Below are positions 12,282 to 21,532 of a stretch of 43,288 nt of DNA, one piece after another. Within the stretch, counting starts at the first letter, position 1. The number at the start of each line of letters is the position of its first letter. The stretch is from positions 1-43,288 of the IMG/VR virus record IMGVR_UViG_3300017912_000540; one strand, given 5' to 3'. The translations under genes were made by a program, and so were the position numbers. The DNA comes from a virus. Lineage: Duplodnaviria; Caudoviricetes. Below the pieces are notes generated by a model. It was not told where the DNA came from. It was given only the letters and a program-made list of their open reading frames with translations, and ran no database searches.

Positions 12282-13412
12282 TTAGAATGCAGAAGGAGCA
12301 GTAGCACCAACATATAGTTCAACAGCAGCAGCTGGGTTTAGGTAATCAGCACCCATAGCCATGCGACCTAAGATCACATCACCTTGGTAGATTACAGAAA
12401 CGTCACCGTTTGTTACTTGAACTTGTGGTCCAATAGCTTCAACAACACCAGCAGCTTCTTTCTGGAAAATTAAACCACATGACTTAGCACCTAACTCTGT
12501 GTTAGTACCGTAGTCGTTGTTGATTCCAGCAGTTGCGCCAGATGCGTTCTCAGGTGTAGGTCCAATGTGTGAACCAAGATTTCCAGGAGAAACCTCACCT
12601 GTTGTTCCGCCGTAAGCAACACCATACTTGCCAAGGAAAGGAATATTCATTGACTTGTAGATGTGGATTCCAGCGATTGAGACAACGCCTTTGCCAGATT
12701 GTAAACCAGCACCTTGCTCATCTCTATTGATTAGTCCATTGTTACCTACTTCTTGAATCAAGCTGTAGTATTGACGTGGGTTAAGTACCGCACATCTTCC
12801 TTGTGAACTAACTCCTTTCTCATCCATTGCAGCAGCAGCATCAAAGAAAGCATTTGTTAGGTTTTGAGCATTGTAAGCGTCAGAATCATTTGTTGTAGAT
12901 CCAACTCTGATCTGAGTTCCGCCAGGTTCTACAAAGTTTGTAGCAGAAACTGGAGATGCAGCTCTAGCTCCACGCGCAATAGCACGGAAGATTAGTCTGT
13001 CATATTTTTCAGCAAGTGCATATCCGATCTTCTTGGAGATTTCTCCTCTCAATTCGTAATGTGCAAGTGTCTCATCTAAGTCGTAAACGAACGCAGAGCT
13101 GATTAGTAGATCATCCATGTTGATGGTCTTTTCAGCTACTGGAGGAGCCTTGTCAGAATTACCTAAGATAGGAGTTCCAGGAGTGTGGAATGAACTTGTC
13201 ATTCTACCTGTGTAGATGAACTGTAGAGATTTTCCGTTCTTTAAGGTTCTCTTAGTTACGAGATCTCTAGCGATAGTCTCGTGTTGGAAGCCTTTGAACA
13301 TCTCTCCACTGAACAGCTTCAGGTACAGCGCATACTTATCCGTTGCGCCGTCATAGCCAGTACCAGTCGATAAATTAATACGACCTAAACCGACCTGATT
13401 AGCATTAGCCAT
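12282..13412 (-). CDS. gp10: Major capsid protein
   Basis: ALYLKLFSGE, GKSLQF and DDLLISSAFVYDLDE motifs of T7 gp10. Confidence 0.97.
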   Translation of the reverse strand: MANANQVGLGRINLSTGTGYDGATDKYALYLKLFSGEMFKGFQHETIARDLVTKRTLKNGKSLQFIYTGRMTSSFHTPGTPILGNSDKAPPVAEKTINMDDLLISSAFVYDLDETLAHYELRGEISKKIGYALAEKYDRLIFRAIARGARAASPVSATNFVEPGGTQIRVGSTTNDSDAYNAQNLTNAFFDAAAAMDEKGVSSQGRCAVLNPRQYYSLIQEVGNNGLINRDEQGAGLQSGKGVVSIAGIHIYKSMNIPFLGKYGVAYGGTTGEVSPGNLGSHIGPTPENASGATAGINNDYGTNTELGAKSCGLIFQKEAAGVVEAIGPQVQVTNGDVSVIYQGDVILGRMAMGADYLNPAAAVELYVGATAPSAF

Positions 13413-13555
13413 TTTTCAGTTAAAAGTTAAAGGTATATTTGTATGTCTCTACGCGTAAAAAGTTGTGAGTCTTACTTGGACTCAATTGATATGTGGTCTA
13501 TCCCACCGTCTAGACGGCTGATTGGTATCCTCCTTGGAGGGCAAAAAGCCAAATT

Positions 13556-13600
13556 GAGTAGGGAGGACTTGCACCTCCCAGACTGCTTAACCAATTACTC
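13556..13600 (-). ncRNA. tRNA-like element D (acceptor-like stem plus T-arm)
   Basis: GAGTA-[16 nt]-GGGAGG-TGCAAGT-CCTCCC-TACTC-AATT. Confidence 0.6.
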
Positions 13601-13640
13601 TTGTGTAAGCAACGCCACGATATACGAAAGTAACTTTCAT
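13587..13640 (-). CDS. 17-aa YRG micropeptide (DUF4278-like) downstream of the riboswitch
   Basis: MKVTFVYRGVAYTRVIG*, with a GGAGA Shine-Dalgarno 6 nt upstream. The YRGVxY motif is the hallmark of peptides downstream of Downstream-peptide RNAs. Confidence 0.85.
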   Translation of the reverse strand: MKVTFVYRGVAYTRVIG

Positions 13641-13656
13641 GTGTCATCTCCATATA

Positions 13657-13707
13657 CCAAAGCCCCGTTCCATGCTTTGGAGTCATGCGTCCCGTAAGGG
13701 ATGAACG
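13657..13707 (-). ncRNA. Downstream-peptide RNA motif (glutamine-II riboswitch)
   Basis: CGUUC...GAACG closing helix, internal UCCC-UUAC-GGGA hairpin and CCAAAGC/GCUUUGG pseudoknot, directly upstream of a YRG peptide. Confidence 0.85.
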
Positions 13708-13716
13708 GACGTAGCG

Positions 13717-13914
13717 TTAGTAAGAAGGATCACCTATTGGATCTTCCTTCTTTTTATATTCTTCTTGTCTATATTCCTCTAGTAATTTATCTACCTGTTT
13801 CTGTAGTTTTAGAATTTCTGGATCTTGTGTTTTCATACTGTTCCAATGGCGGATAACGCCAGAGCATATAAATAAGTTAGTGATTAAAGTTAGATATAAA
13901 CAAAAATTTTTCAA
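13717..13914 (-). CDS. Hypothetical small membrane protein
   Basis: 65 aa with an N-terminal hydrophobic segment and coiled-coil tail; start overlaps the psbA stop (ATGA). Confidence 0.65.
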   Translation of the reverse strand: MKNFCLYLTLITNLFICSGVIRHWNSMKTQDPEILKLQKQVDKLLEEYRQEEYKKKEDPIGDPSY

Positions 13915-14990
13915 CCAATTTCTGGAGCTGTTAGTGCAATGTGTGTTAACTCAGCCGAAGCTAAATCAAGTGGGAAGTTATGAGCATTACGTTCATGCAT
14001 AACTTCAAATCCGAGGTTGGCTCTGTTTAATACATCAGCCCATGTTGGGATTATCTTTCCGTTAACATCAACTACTGACTGGTTAAAGTTAAAACCGTTA
14101 AGGTTGAAAGCCATAGTACTGATTCCCATGGAGGTAAGCCATATGCCAACCACGGGGAAAGCACCAAGAAAGAAATGTAGAGCACGAGAATTATTGAAAG
14201 AAGCATATTGAAATATCAATCTCCCAAAGTACCCGTGTGCAGCGACAATATTATATGTCTCTTCATCTTGCCCAAACTTATAGCCATAGTTCTGCGATAC
14301 CTCGTCTGTCGTTTCCTTAATAAGTGAGGAAGTAACCAGACTTCCATGCATAGCAGCAAACAAAGCTCCACCGAATACCCCAGCAACACCAGCCATGTGG
14401 AATGGGTGCATGAGGATATTATGCTCAGCTTGGAATACGAACATAAAGTTAAAAGTACCAGAGATACCAAGAGGCATACCATCACTGAAACTCCCCTGCC
14501 CAAATGGGTACACGAGGAAAACAGCAAGAGCTGCTGATAGTGGTGCTGTATATGCTACGAATATCCATGGTCGCATTCCTAATCTGTAAGATAGTTCCCA
14601 CTGTCTACCAGCATATGCTGCTACTCCTATTAAGAAGTGGAAGACAATAAATTGATATGGTCCGCCGTTGTATAACCACTCATCTAAAGTGCCGGCTTCC
14701 CAGATCGGATAAAAGTGCAGTCCTATTGCATTGGAGCTTGGAACTACTGCTCCAGAAATAATATTGTTTCCGTACATTAACGAGCCGGAAACTGGCTCAC
14801 GTATGCCATCTATATCTACAGGCGGTGCTGCGATGAAGGCGAGTATAAAGCATGTGGTTGCAGCTAGTAAGCAAGGAATCATAAGTACTCCAAACCAACC
14901 TACATAAAGGCGGTTCTCGGTACTTGTGACCCACTCACAAAACTTCTGCCAGTTGGATGTGCTTTCTCTAGTTACTGAGATTGCAATCAT
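13911..14990 (-). CDS. psbA: Photosystem II D1 protein
   Basis: [23 protein letters not shown] and [13 protein letters not shown]; uninterrupted 359 aa. Confidence 0.99.
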   Translation of the reverse strand: MIAISVTRESTSNWQKFCEWVTSTENRLYVGWFGVLMIPCLLAATTCFILAFIAAPPVDIDGIREPVSGSLMYGNNIISGAVVPSSNAIGLHFYPIWEAGTLDEWLYNGGPYQFIVFHFLIGVAAYAGRQWELSYRLGMRPWIFVAYTAPLSAALAVFLVYPFGQGSFSDGMPLGISGTFNFMFVFQAEHNILMHPFHMAGVAGVFGGALFAAMHGSLVTSSLIKETTDEVSQNYGYKFGQDEETYNIVAAHGYFGRLIFQYASFNNSRALHFFLGAFPVVGIWLTSMGISTMAFNLNGFNFNQSVVDVNGKIIPTWADVLNRANLGFEVMHERNAHNFPLDLASAELTHIALTAPEIG

Positions 14991-15182
14991 TTAGAATACT
15001 CCAGGAATTATTTGTCCTGTTGTTGCATATGCTCCTAGAGCTGCAACTATGCCAAGCATTGCTGCCCAGCCATTAAATCTTTCTGCTTCTGGTGACATTA
15101 GTTTTCGTTTTGGTAATAGTTGTATAGGGGGTTCGTACGCATACTCGTTTTCGAGCAGCGTATCGAGGTCTTTAGTTTTCAT
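14991..15182 (-). CDS. hli: High-light-inducible protein (chlorophyll a/b-binding motif) with N-terminal extension
   Basis: AERFNGWAAMLG...TGQIIPGVF signature. Confidence 0.95.
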   Translation of the reverse strand: MKTKDLDTLLENEYAYEPPIQLLPKRKLMSPEAERFNGWAAMLGIVAALGAYATTGQIIPGVF

Positions 15183-15973
15183 TAAAATTGAAGGTCTGAT
15201 CTATTTAGTTTCTCCACAACATCAGCACGATATGCTGGATCATTGTCGTAACGAGGGTCAGCCATAGCTTGTACTAATTGAGCTTGACTTCTGAATACAT
15301 CGCCTTTATTATCAGCAGCTTTGCCTGAGAGCATTCTTCCTTCGTAGCCATTTGCATTATCGTATTTAGATTTAAGTGCATCAACGCCTAGTTGAATTGC
15401 AGCTGCATTGCCTGTGCCTACTAAATTATCAAATGCTTTTATCTCATGTGCTTTGAGATTATCACTTGCCCAAGTAACTAATTTATTGTATTCAGCTTCT
15501 CCTCCTACGGAGTTCTGTATCTTATTAATTTCTTGATTAGTGACATCTACTTCTGCCTGAGCTGGTGGTGCATTCTTTTGCATCTCCATGTAAGCCTGAA
15601 CTAAATCTTGGCTGCTCATTTCAGAAAACTTTTCTAAAGTTTCTGGAGATAATTTATTATCATTTGCAAAGTATTCTTCGTTAGCAGATTCTATTAATAA
15701 AACTGCTTCACTTTTTTCAGCTTTAGGTTCTTCCGAATCTTTTACTTCTTCGGTTTCTTCCCGCCCTTCTTGTGATACGCCATCTTCTTTCTCTCCTAAT
15801 TTTTTTTGTAATTCTACGTATGCCTTTTCTAAGTCTTCGGCATTCTTATATTTACCAGCAAGTAATTCACCTTGCTCTTCTACCATCTTCTCCCCAACTT
15901 GCAAAGAGTCTTGCTCTTCAGAAGTTAAACCTTCTTGTTGAGGTGTATCATTTACTGTTAATGTTTCTGCCAT
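15182..15973 (-). CDS. gp9: Capsid assembly scaffold protein
   Basis: Acidic protein with LLAGKYK..EDLEKAY and AMADPRYDNDPAYR motifs. Confidence 0.93.
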   Translation of the reverse strand: MAETLTVNDTPQQEGLTSEEQDSLQVGEKMVEEQGELLAGKYKNAEDLEKAYVELQKKLGEKEDGVSQEGREETEEVKDSEEPKAEKSEAVLLIESANEEYFANDNKLSPETLEKFSEMSSQDLVQAYMEMQKNAPPAQAEVDVTNQEINKIQNSVGGEAEYNKLVTWASDNLKAHEIKAFDNLVGTGNAAAIQLGVDALKSKYDNANGYEGRMLSGKAADNKGDVFRSQAQLVQAMADPRYDNDPAYRADVVEKLNRSDLQF

Positions 15974-17541
15974 TATTCTTCCATAGGTGGTTGTTCTTCA
16001 TCCAACATCTGTGGGTTTTTGCTTGGGTCCATTAAAGGACTGCCAGCCATCTGCCCAGCTTGGTCAACTAAAGATTGTTGTGCAGCTGCCTGTTGTGCAG
16101 CTTGTTGTTCTTCTGCTAATTGCTGTTCAGTCTTAACAAGATTAAGTACATCAATACCTTGTGCAGCAGCTAAACGTTTGATAGCTTCAAGCGGATTAAG
16201 GTATTGCATTAATGCTTCAGGTCCTAATGTTTGTGCAATAGTTCCTACGAATGCTGTTAATGATTCTCTATCTTGTCCTCGACCTAGAGCGTTAACTCCA
16301 GCAACAATTGTTGGACGAACAATATCTTTAGGTAATTTTGGAATCTGATTTGATCTTTGCAAAACTAATAATGTTCTATTGAGATATGGAATAAGAAACT
16401 CAATTACGAGTAATGAAAATATTCCTCCGAGTTGTTGTTCTAGTTCTAGTTGAGTAAGGCGTACCTCTTCAGCTGTAACTCGTTCAGCGTTCCTAACGTT
16501 CATAACAAGGAAAGCTTCTAACAATCTTTTTTCAATAGCTGATGCCATGTTGGCAGCTGTTGAGAAATCAGCAGTTTTTCCTACCTGAATTACTGCGACA
16601 TCTTCCGGTCTACCTTGTACGATGGCTCCGTTTCCAGCCTTTGCAATGGTGGCTGGTTTGGTAGTTGAACTTGGACTGACTAAAAAGACAACCTTCGAGG
16701 CAGCAGCAGCTCCTTCGATTAGTGATTGGCTTAAACCATCAAGTGATTTAAGATCTCCTAAAAATTCTTCTACTCTTCCACGACCATAGTCTTCTCCATC
16801 AACTGTATTGAACCGTAAAGGCAACCAGGGACTGGCGTTTTTAGGTGCAGTACTTCTAGTATCAGGAATAATTTTATCAAATGCTTCTTGATGCCATACC
16901 CATCTGCCACTAGATTTATCTAGTTTGACGTATGTATATATAGTGACATCATCATTTGTTGTAGAGCTTTCGTCAATGCCAGTATTTGGCTTTGGTTCTG
17001 GCAGCTCAATGTCCAAAACCTTTCGACTTATAAGTTCCTTTGTAACTATCTCTAAAACGTTACCATCACCATCTCTGTTAATGACATATCTAGTTAAAGG
17101 AAAAGTCTTAAGTCCATCTTTACCCATAAAAATCAAGGCATTACCACCAACAATTAAATGTTTTAATGCTTGGTGTACTGCTACTCGATCATTACTGGCA
17201 GCTATATAATCCATGATCATCCTTTCCATCTTTGAGAAAGAAAGGTCTAATTCACTTCTTATCTTTGGATCTAATTCTTCTCCTAACTTGTCATCACGTA
17301 CCTGTAATTTGAAGAAACTTGTCTGTGGTGGGAGGACAGCTAACATAAGTTTGGCTGCCAACGTTACTACACACTTGGCTCCTACTGATTGCCAAGGTAC
17401 TGTTAATGATTTGTGGTTTGGTCTTGATGATATATCGTCATCAATTAAATATGGCAACGTGAGTTCAGAACATTCAACTGCTTTGTCTAGGAACATCTGA
17501 CGTGCAGTTGAAAGCTGATTGTATCTCTCCCGTGCTTTCAC
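15973..17541 (-). CDS. gp8: Portal (head-tail connector) protein
   Basis: WQSVGAKCVVTLAAKL, GEDYGRG and AERVTAEEVR motifs. Confidence 0.97.
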   Translation of the reverse strand: MKARERYNQLSTARQMFLDKAVECSELTLPYLIDDDISSRPNHKSLTVPWQSVGAKCVVTLAAKLMLAVLPPQTSFFKLQVRDDKLGEELDPKIRSELDLSFSKMERMIMDYIAASNDRVAVHQALKHLIVGGNALIFMGKDGLKTFPLTRYVINRDGDGNVLEIVTKELISRKVLDIELPEPKPNTGIDESSTTNDDVTIYTYVKLDKSSGRWVWHQEAFDKIIPDTRSTAPKNASPWLPLRFNTVDGEDYGRGRVEEFLGDLKSLDGLSQSLIEGAAAASKVVFLVSPSSTTKPATIAKAGNGAIVQGRPEDVAVIQVGKTADFSTAANMASAIEKRLLEAFLVMNVRNAERVTAEEVRLTQLELEQQLGGIFSLLVIEFLIPYLNRTLLVLQRSNQIPKLPKDIVRPTIVAGVNALGRGQDRESLTAFVGTIAQTLGPEALMQYLNPLEAIKRLAAAQGIDVLNLVKTEQQLAEEQQAAQQAAAQQSLVDQAGQMAGSPLMDPSKNPQMLDEEQPPMEE

Positions 17542-17822
17542 TACTGGATACCTCCAGTCTGGTTGGTGTTACCAGTATTAATGGAAGATTGTTGTCCAGA
17601 GGTTGTCTGGGTTGTCCCTCTATCTATTCTCAAATCTTTTGTACTACCCTTCTTACCTTTTTTAGTACCGAGTTTTGATTGAGCCTGTTGTATTGCAGGG
17701 TTAACTGGTTTTACTTCTGGTTCAGGTAACTCATCTGGTAAGGGTGGTGGGGAAGGAGGTACAGGTGCTGGTGGTAATGGTGGTGGAGCTGGTGGTGGGG
17801 AAGGTCTTCTAAAGATACACAT
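17541..17822 (-). CDS. Small proline-rich virion/assembly protein (position of T7 gp6.7/7.3)
   Basis: MC start, Pro-rich, K-rich with DLRI; immediately before the portal. Confidence 0.65.
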   Translation of the reverse strand: MCIFRRPSPPPAPPPLPPAPVPPSPPPLPDELPEPEVKPVNPAIQQAQSKLGTKKGKKGSTKDLRIDRGTTQTTSGQQSSINTGNTNQTGGIQ

Positions 17823-18013
17823 TAAATTTCGTCCTCCATAATGGAATTTATATAATCAATAACGCTGGCTTGACCAGCTCTATACATAATTGTGTTTATG
17901 TCTTCTTTAGGATGAATAGGTTTCCATCCAAAGTTTTCCTCAAGTCTTACTATCAGCTTGTCTAACCTTTCGTTGTGAAGCTTAAGAGTATTGAGGGAGA
18001 TTGGTGTTTGCAT
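17822..18013 (-). CDS. Small hypothetical protein (gp6.5-like position)
   Basis: Probable start at MQTPISLN; IMYRAGQASV motif; overlaps the end of the RNR beta gene. Confidence 0.7.
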   Translation of the reverse strand: MQTPISLNTLKLHNERLDKLIVRLEENFGWKPIHPKEDINTIMYRAGQASVIDYINSIMEDEI

Positions 18014-18695
18014 GTTCAAAGAAAGCTGGCATACGTGCAGCTTTGGTGGCATTAAATTCTGGAGCTTTGCCTTCATACATCAAACGATCACTAGCATCGA
18101 GCCAAAATTTTTTGCTCAAATATTGATCGTCATGTATTTGATTTAAAGGCTGCATGATCCAGTTAATAGTTGCCTTTCTTAATTTGTCTAAGGAAGGACT
18201 AGGTGTAAGACCAAGCTCTGCACATACCAAACTATTTGTTGCTACATGTATTTGCTCGTCTCTAGATATATCGGCACTTACTGTTCTTAAACCAGCGTCA
18301 CCATTAAACCGGAAGAAAGGCAGTATTACAAAAAAGATTGCTCTTTCTATTACCAATGCTTTCAGTATTGTGTGATCTGGGTGGGCTATCCACGCTTCTT
18401 TAAGGCGTAATGCCTCGGCTTCAGCTTTATCATCTACGCCTAATGCGTTAGCGATATATCCAAGTGCCAAGTCATGGTTGTCTTCGTCTTTTATGTTTGA
18501 TTCCAAAAGCTCTCTACTTTTCTCAGGAATCTCAGAGAGTGAATCAGATACAAACGCGCCAACTGGACATTCCATGTTGCGTACAGCGAGAGCACGGTAC
18601 ACCGTTTCTTCTGCGCCATATTTTAATTTTCCTTTAGTGGTTTGGACCGGTGTCCATTTCCTTTTTCTATTTAAAAGTTTTTCGTAGGGGTTCAT
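17982..18695 (-). CDS. nrdB: Ferritin-like ribonucleotide reductase small (beta) subunit
   Basis: Two DExxH motifs (DEDNH, DEQIH) of the ferritin-like dimetal fold; coupled to the RNR large subunit. Confidence 0.75.
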   Translation of the reverse strand: MNPYEKLLNRKRKWTPVQTTKGKLKYGAEETVYRALAVRNMECPVGAFVSDSLSEIPEKSRELLESNIKDEDNHDLALGYIANALGVDDKAEAEALRLKEAWIAHPDHTILKALVIERAIFFVILPFFRFNGDAGLRTVSADISRDEQIHVATNSLVCAELGLTPSPSLDKLRKATINWIMQPLNQIHDDQYLSKKFWLDASDRLMYEGKAPEFNATKAARMPAFFEHANTNLPQYS

Positions 18696-20098
18696 TGTTG
18701 ACAGTCACAAGCTATTTCATCAGGTTTGTTGCTCATTATTTCTGCCAAGTAATCATCAACTTCGGACTGCTCTAATGCTGCGTAAGCATTAGATTTATCT
18801 TGAGTGTCGCCCATTACTTGTAAAGAATAATAGAGCGAAGTCTGTGGACTTTTCAGCCACTCTTCAATAAATGCTTCATCGTAAGTCACCATGTCGCTCC
18901 AAGAATTGAAGCTATAGCCATGAAGCAAACCAGTTCTATCTAGCATGATCATTATTTGATCAGCTACTAATTTATAATTCTCCCATCCAACTTCGGATGC
19001 GATTTCTACATTGCCATATTGTACTTGTTCTACCCCAAACTCACCTGAATCCCTGTCAACTGTACGTGCTATAGGAGGTGCGATCTCAGGAGTTGCTGTA
19101 AAGCCATTGAGATCTCTACTTCTATAAGAACAACTAGCTGTCGGAGCTATGGCAAATGCTCTGACCATGTTATGTTCTCTTGCGATGTTAGCTGCTTCTT
19201 GTATGCCGAGGTAAAGTTCACGCGCAGCTAACCCTGCGTATCCTTTGTAAGGCTCGGCATTATTTACTGCCTCTAGTGCCTTACCAAACTCGGCATATGT
19301 AATCTTGTTGTTTGCCAGAAAGTTGGCTAGACCTAAGAGTCCGAATCCAACTTGCCTGTCGAGATCTGGCGCAAGATATTCTCCAGACTTGTCAATCCCT
19401 GTCCGACTATGGAGCTGGCACAAATCTGACATACCTTCACGCATACCTTCTCGTATGTCGCCGATACGACAGGCTGACATATTAAGGTGCTGTAAGAGGC
19501 ACGTTCCGCGTGAGGGCAAGTAAACCTCAAGACAGACGTTTGAGTAAATTCTTTTTCCATCTTTATCGTGTTTTATTTTGTTGAGCCAAATGTCTCCTTT
19601 TGCAACTCCTTTAAGTATTGCTTCCTTAGTTGCAGCTGAGGAATTATCCCAGCTTCCCCTTGTAAGATCAACTGTTCGCTTAACCCATGGGAGTTCTTCT
19701 CTTTTGACTTGCACGAAGTTAATAATATCGGCGTGGTCAATATCAAGGTGAAGAACACACGCGCCATTGCGGTACGTACCACCGCGTCTAAGTATTTCAT
19801 TTAATGTTGAGTAAATTTTTGCGAATGAAACGGGTCCTGATGCAACGAGAGTATCAGGTCCCTTATTTGTTTTTGTTCCCGCTGGTCTAAGTTTCGACAG
19901 GTGGACTGCGACTCCCGCTCCAAAGCGGAGAGCATGGCTAACAAAACGCCAGCTTGCTTCAATTCCATCACTTCCTTCCATTGAATCTTCAACTACGAAG
20001 ATGGTGCATGATACGGGTAGACGTGAGGTGGGATTATCAATCCAGCTTTGGACTCGACCAGTCCTAGCTATGATGTTTGGTTCTGTATTCGATTTCAT
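18692..20098 (-). CDS. nrdA: Minimal ribonucleotide reductase large subunit (P-SSP7-type)
   Basis: PVSC, SNVCLE, IAPTAS and TSLYY motifs plus a C-terminal CDC; only 468 aa. Confidence 0.9.
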   Translation of the reverse strand: MKSNTEPNIIARTGRVQSWIDNPTSRLPVSCTIFVVEDSMEGSDGIEASWRFVSHALRFGAGVAVHLSKLRPAGTKTNKGPDTLVASGPVSFAKIYSTLNEILRRGGTYRNGACVLHLDIDHADIINFVQVKREELPWVKRTVDLTRGSWDNSSAATKEAILKGVAKGDIWLNKIKHDKDGKRIYSNVCLEVYLPSRGTCLLQHLNMSACRIGDIREGMREGMSDLCQLHSRTGIDKSGEYLAPDLDRQVGFGLLGLANFLANNKITYAEFGKALEAVNNAEPYKGYAGLAARELYLGIQEAANIAREHNMVRAFAIAPTASCSYRSRDLNGFTATPEIAPPIARTVDRDSGEFGVEQVQYGNVEIASEVGWENYKLVADQIMIMLDRTGLLHGYSFNSWSDMVTYDEAFIEEWLKSPQTSLYYSLQVMGDTQDKSNAYAALEQSEVDDYLAEIMSNKPDEIACDCQQ

Positions 20099-20282
20099 TT
20101 TGTAAATAGTGGACTGCTTTTTTTAAATCTTCTATGTGGTTTTCTTTATAACCTGCTCTGCATGTATATTTGATTACGTTTCCGAGGTGAAATCCGAGTC
20201 CTTGGTCTCTAATAAAATCCCAAACATCAATGGAACCTCGTTTGTAGTACGAGGGTCCGTGGTCGTTGGTGGTTTCGGCCAT
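20064..20282 (-). CDS. DUF3310-type protein (T7 gp1.7-like nucleotide kinase)
   Basis: PSYY...GNVIKY..RAG.K...EDLKKA..YL motif. Confidence 0.8.
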   Translation of the reverse strand: MAETTNDHGPSYYKRGSIDVWDFIRDQGLGFHLGNVIKYTCRAGYKENHIEDLKKAVHYLQNEIEYRTKHHS

Positions 20283-20494
20283 TTCTCTATAAGGTTTTTA
20301 ATACAATTTGATAAAACAAATGCTTGTTCTTGAAGGGCTACCATCACAATTGCAATGTCTTCCTTCTTTGTCTCAGGTTTATCTAACAGAATCTCCAGCT
20401 GTCTCAGCTTCAGATCTTGTTCCATCGTCAATTTTGTAATTGGCTTTGGCGGTCCAGAGTATGGGTTCTTTTTTTTCTGAGTCATAATCATCAA
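20174..20494 (-). CDS. Hypothetical protein overlapping both neighbours
   Basis: Plausible helical ORF (TMEQDLKLRQLE...ALQEQAFVL); start uncertain. Confidence 0.6.
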   Translation of the reverse strand: MMIMTQKKKNPYSGPPKPITKLTMEQDLKLRQLEILLDKPETKKEDIAIVMVALQEQAFVLSNCIKNLIEKWPKPPTTTDPRTTNEVPLMFGILLETKDSDFTSET

Positions 20495-21164
20495 CAGTTA
20501 ATATTCTTGCGAGCCTTGCATTGGTCAACGCATCCTCTTCTGTCATGCCTTTGTCTTTAAAGGTTTCTACAACTGCTTGCCACGTGTAGCCTTTCTCTTC
20601 AAAGATTTTTTCAGCACGTTTTATACCAATTCCTGGCACACCGCTGTAGCCATCAGTGTTATCACCAGCCATTGTCTGTATCAGATGCCACTTAGCTCCT
20701 TCATCAGGAGTAATGTCAACTGTTTCATTGAAGTCATATAATTTACCAGCGATCTGACGCATATCTTTATCGGGACTGACAATAATGTTGCCTGTATATT
20801 TAGTTGCGTAGATTCCCATAGCATCGTCTGCTTCAAGAGTATCCTTGATAATTACCCTGTAATTTTTCTTAAGTTCCTGTATGACGCGTTTAAAGCCACA
20901 GGGCTTTTTTCTATTTCGATGACCCTTGTATTCCGGTAAAATTTTTTTCCTAAAATTATTAGGGCTTGTAAAAAAGAGGATTATTTCGTCATGGAAAGGA
21001 AATTGATCTGTAACCTTTTTAAGCTCTCTTTCTACACATTTATAAGCCTCACTAAACAGTGAAGTTACCAGTATTACATCATCACCAAAATCAATTTCAG
21101 TTTCTGCACTAGCACAGCATTTATATACTATGTAGTCGCAATCTATTAATAATTTCATTCCCAA
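20379..21164 (-). CDS. gp6: 5'-3' exonuclease
   Basis: YKGHR, LEADD, DKDM and GDNTDGYSGVPGIG motifs. Confidence 0.95.
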   Translation of the reverse strand: MGMKLLIDCDYIVYKCCASAETEIDFGDDVILVTSLFSEAYKCVERELKKVTDQFPFHDEIILFFTSPNNFRKKILPEYKGHRNRKKPCGFKRVIQELKKNYRVIIKDTLEADDAMGIYATKYTGNIIVSPDKDMRQIAGKLYDFNETVDITPDEGAKWHLIQTMAGDNTDGYSGVPGIGIKRAEKIFEEKGYTWQAVVETFKDKGMTEEDALTNARLARILTVDDYDSEKKEPILWTAKANYKIDDGTRSEAETAGDSVR

Positions 21165-21529
21165 AAAGCCTCCAAACCTTCTGGACAGTTAACATGTTCC
21201 ATTGTTTTTCCGCCATGTTTAAGCGGCCAGCTTATTGTCCAACCATTTACATCATCTGGTTCAACACAAACTACTTGACAGAGTGCAGTACTAGCTTTTG
21301 ATCGAAAACTATTAGTTTGTTCACTCCAAAATCTAGCTTTTACGTCTATAGGAATAAATCTATTATCTATTTCTAAAATTAAGTCAGCATAACCAACACA
21401 ACTTATATTTTTATAGACTTTTGCACCTCTTTTTGCAGCTTCTAGAGCTACATGATATTCACATAAATCACCTAGAGTATTTTTTTCTAATTGATATATC
21501 TGAAAATCACTTTTATTCTTAGTTTTCAT
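21155..21529 (-). CDS. Free-standing PD-(D/E)XK endonuclease (putative homing endonuclease)
   Basis: G..cE...(A)D-L...IDVK catalytic pattern; AT-rich gene inserted between pol and exo. Confidence 0.65.
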   Translation of the reverse strand: MKTKNKSDFQIYQLEKNTLGDLCEYHVALEAAKRGAKVYKNISCVGYADLILEIDNRFIPIDVKARFWSEQTNSFRSKASTALCQVVCVEPDDVNGWTISWPLKHGGKTMEHVNCPEGLEAFWE

Positions 21530-21532
21530 AAA

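Noticed and set aside
12242-12300. T7-style 10A/10B capsid frameshift extension
   Set aside because: A terminator and the gp11 start follow within 45 nt, leaving no room for an extension.
13911-14990. Intron or homing element in psbA
   Set aside because: The ORF is continuous and of normal length.
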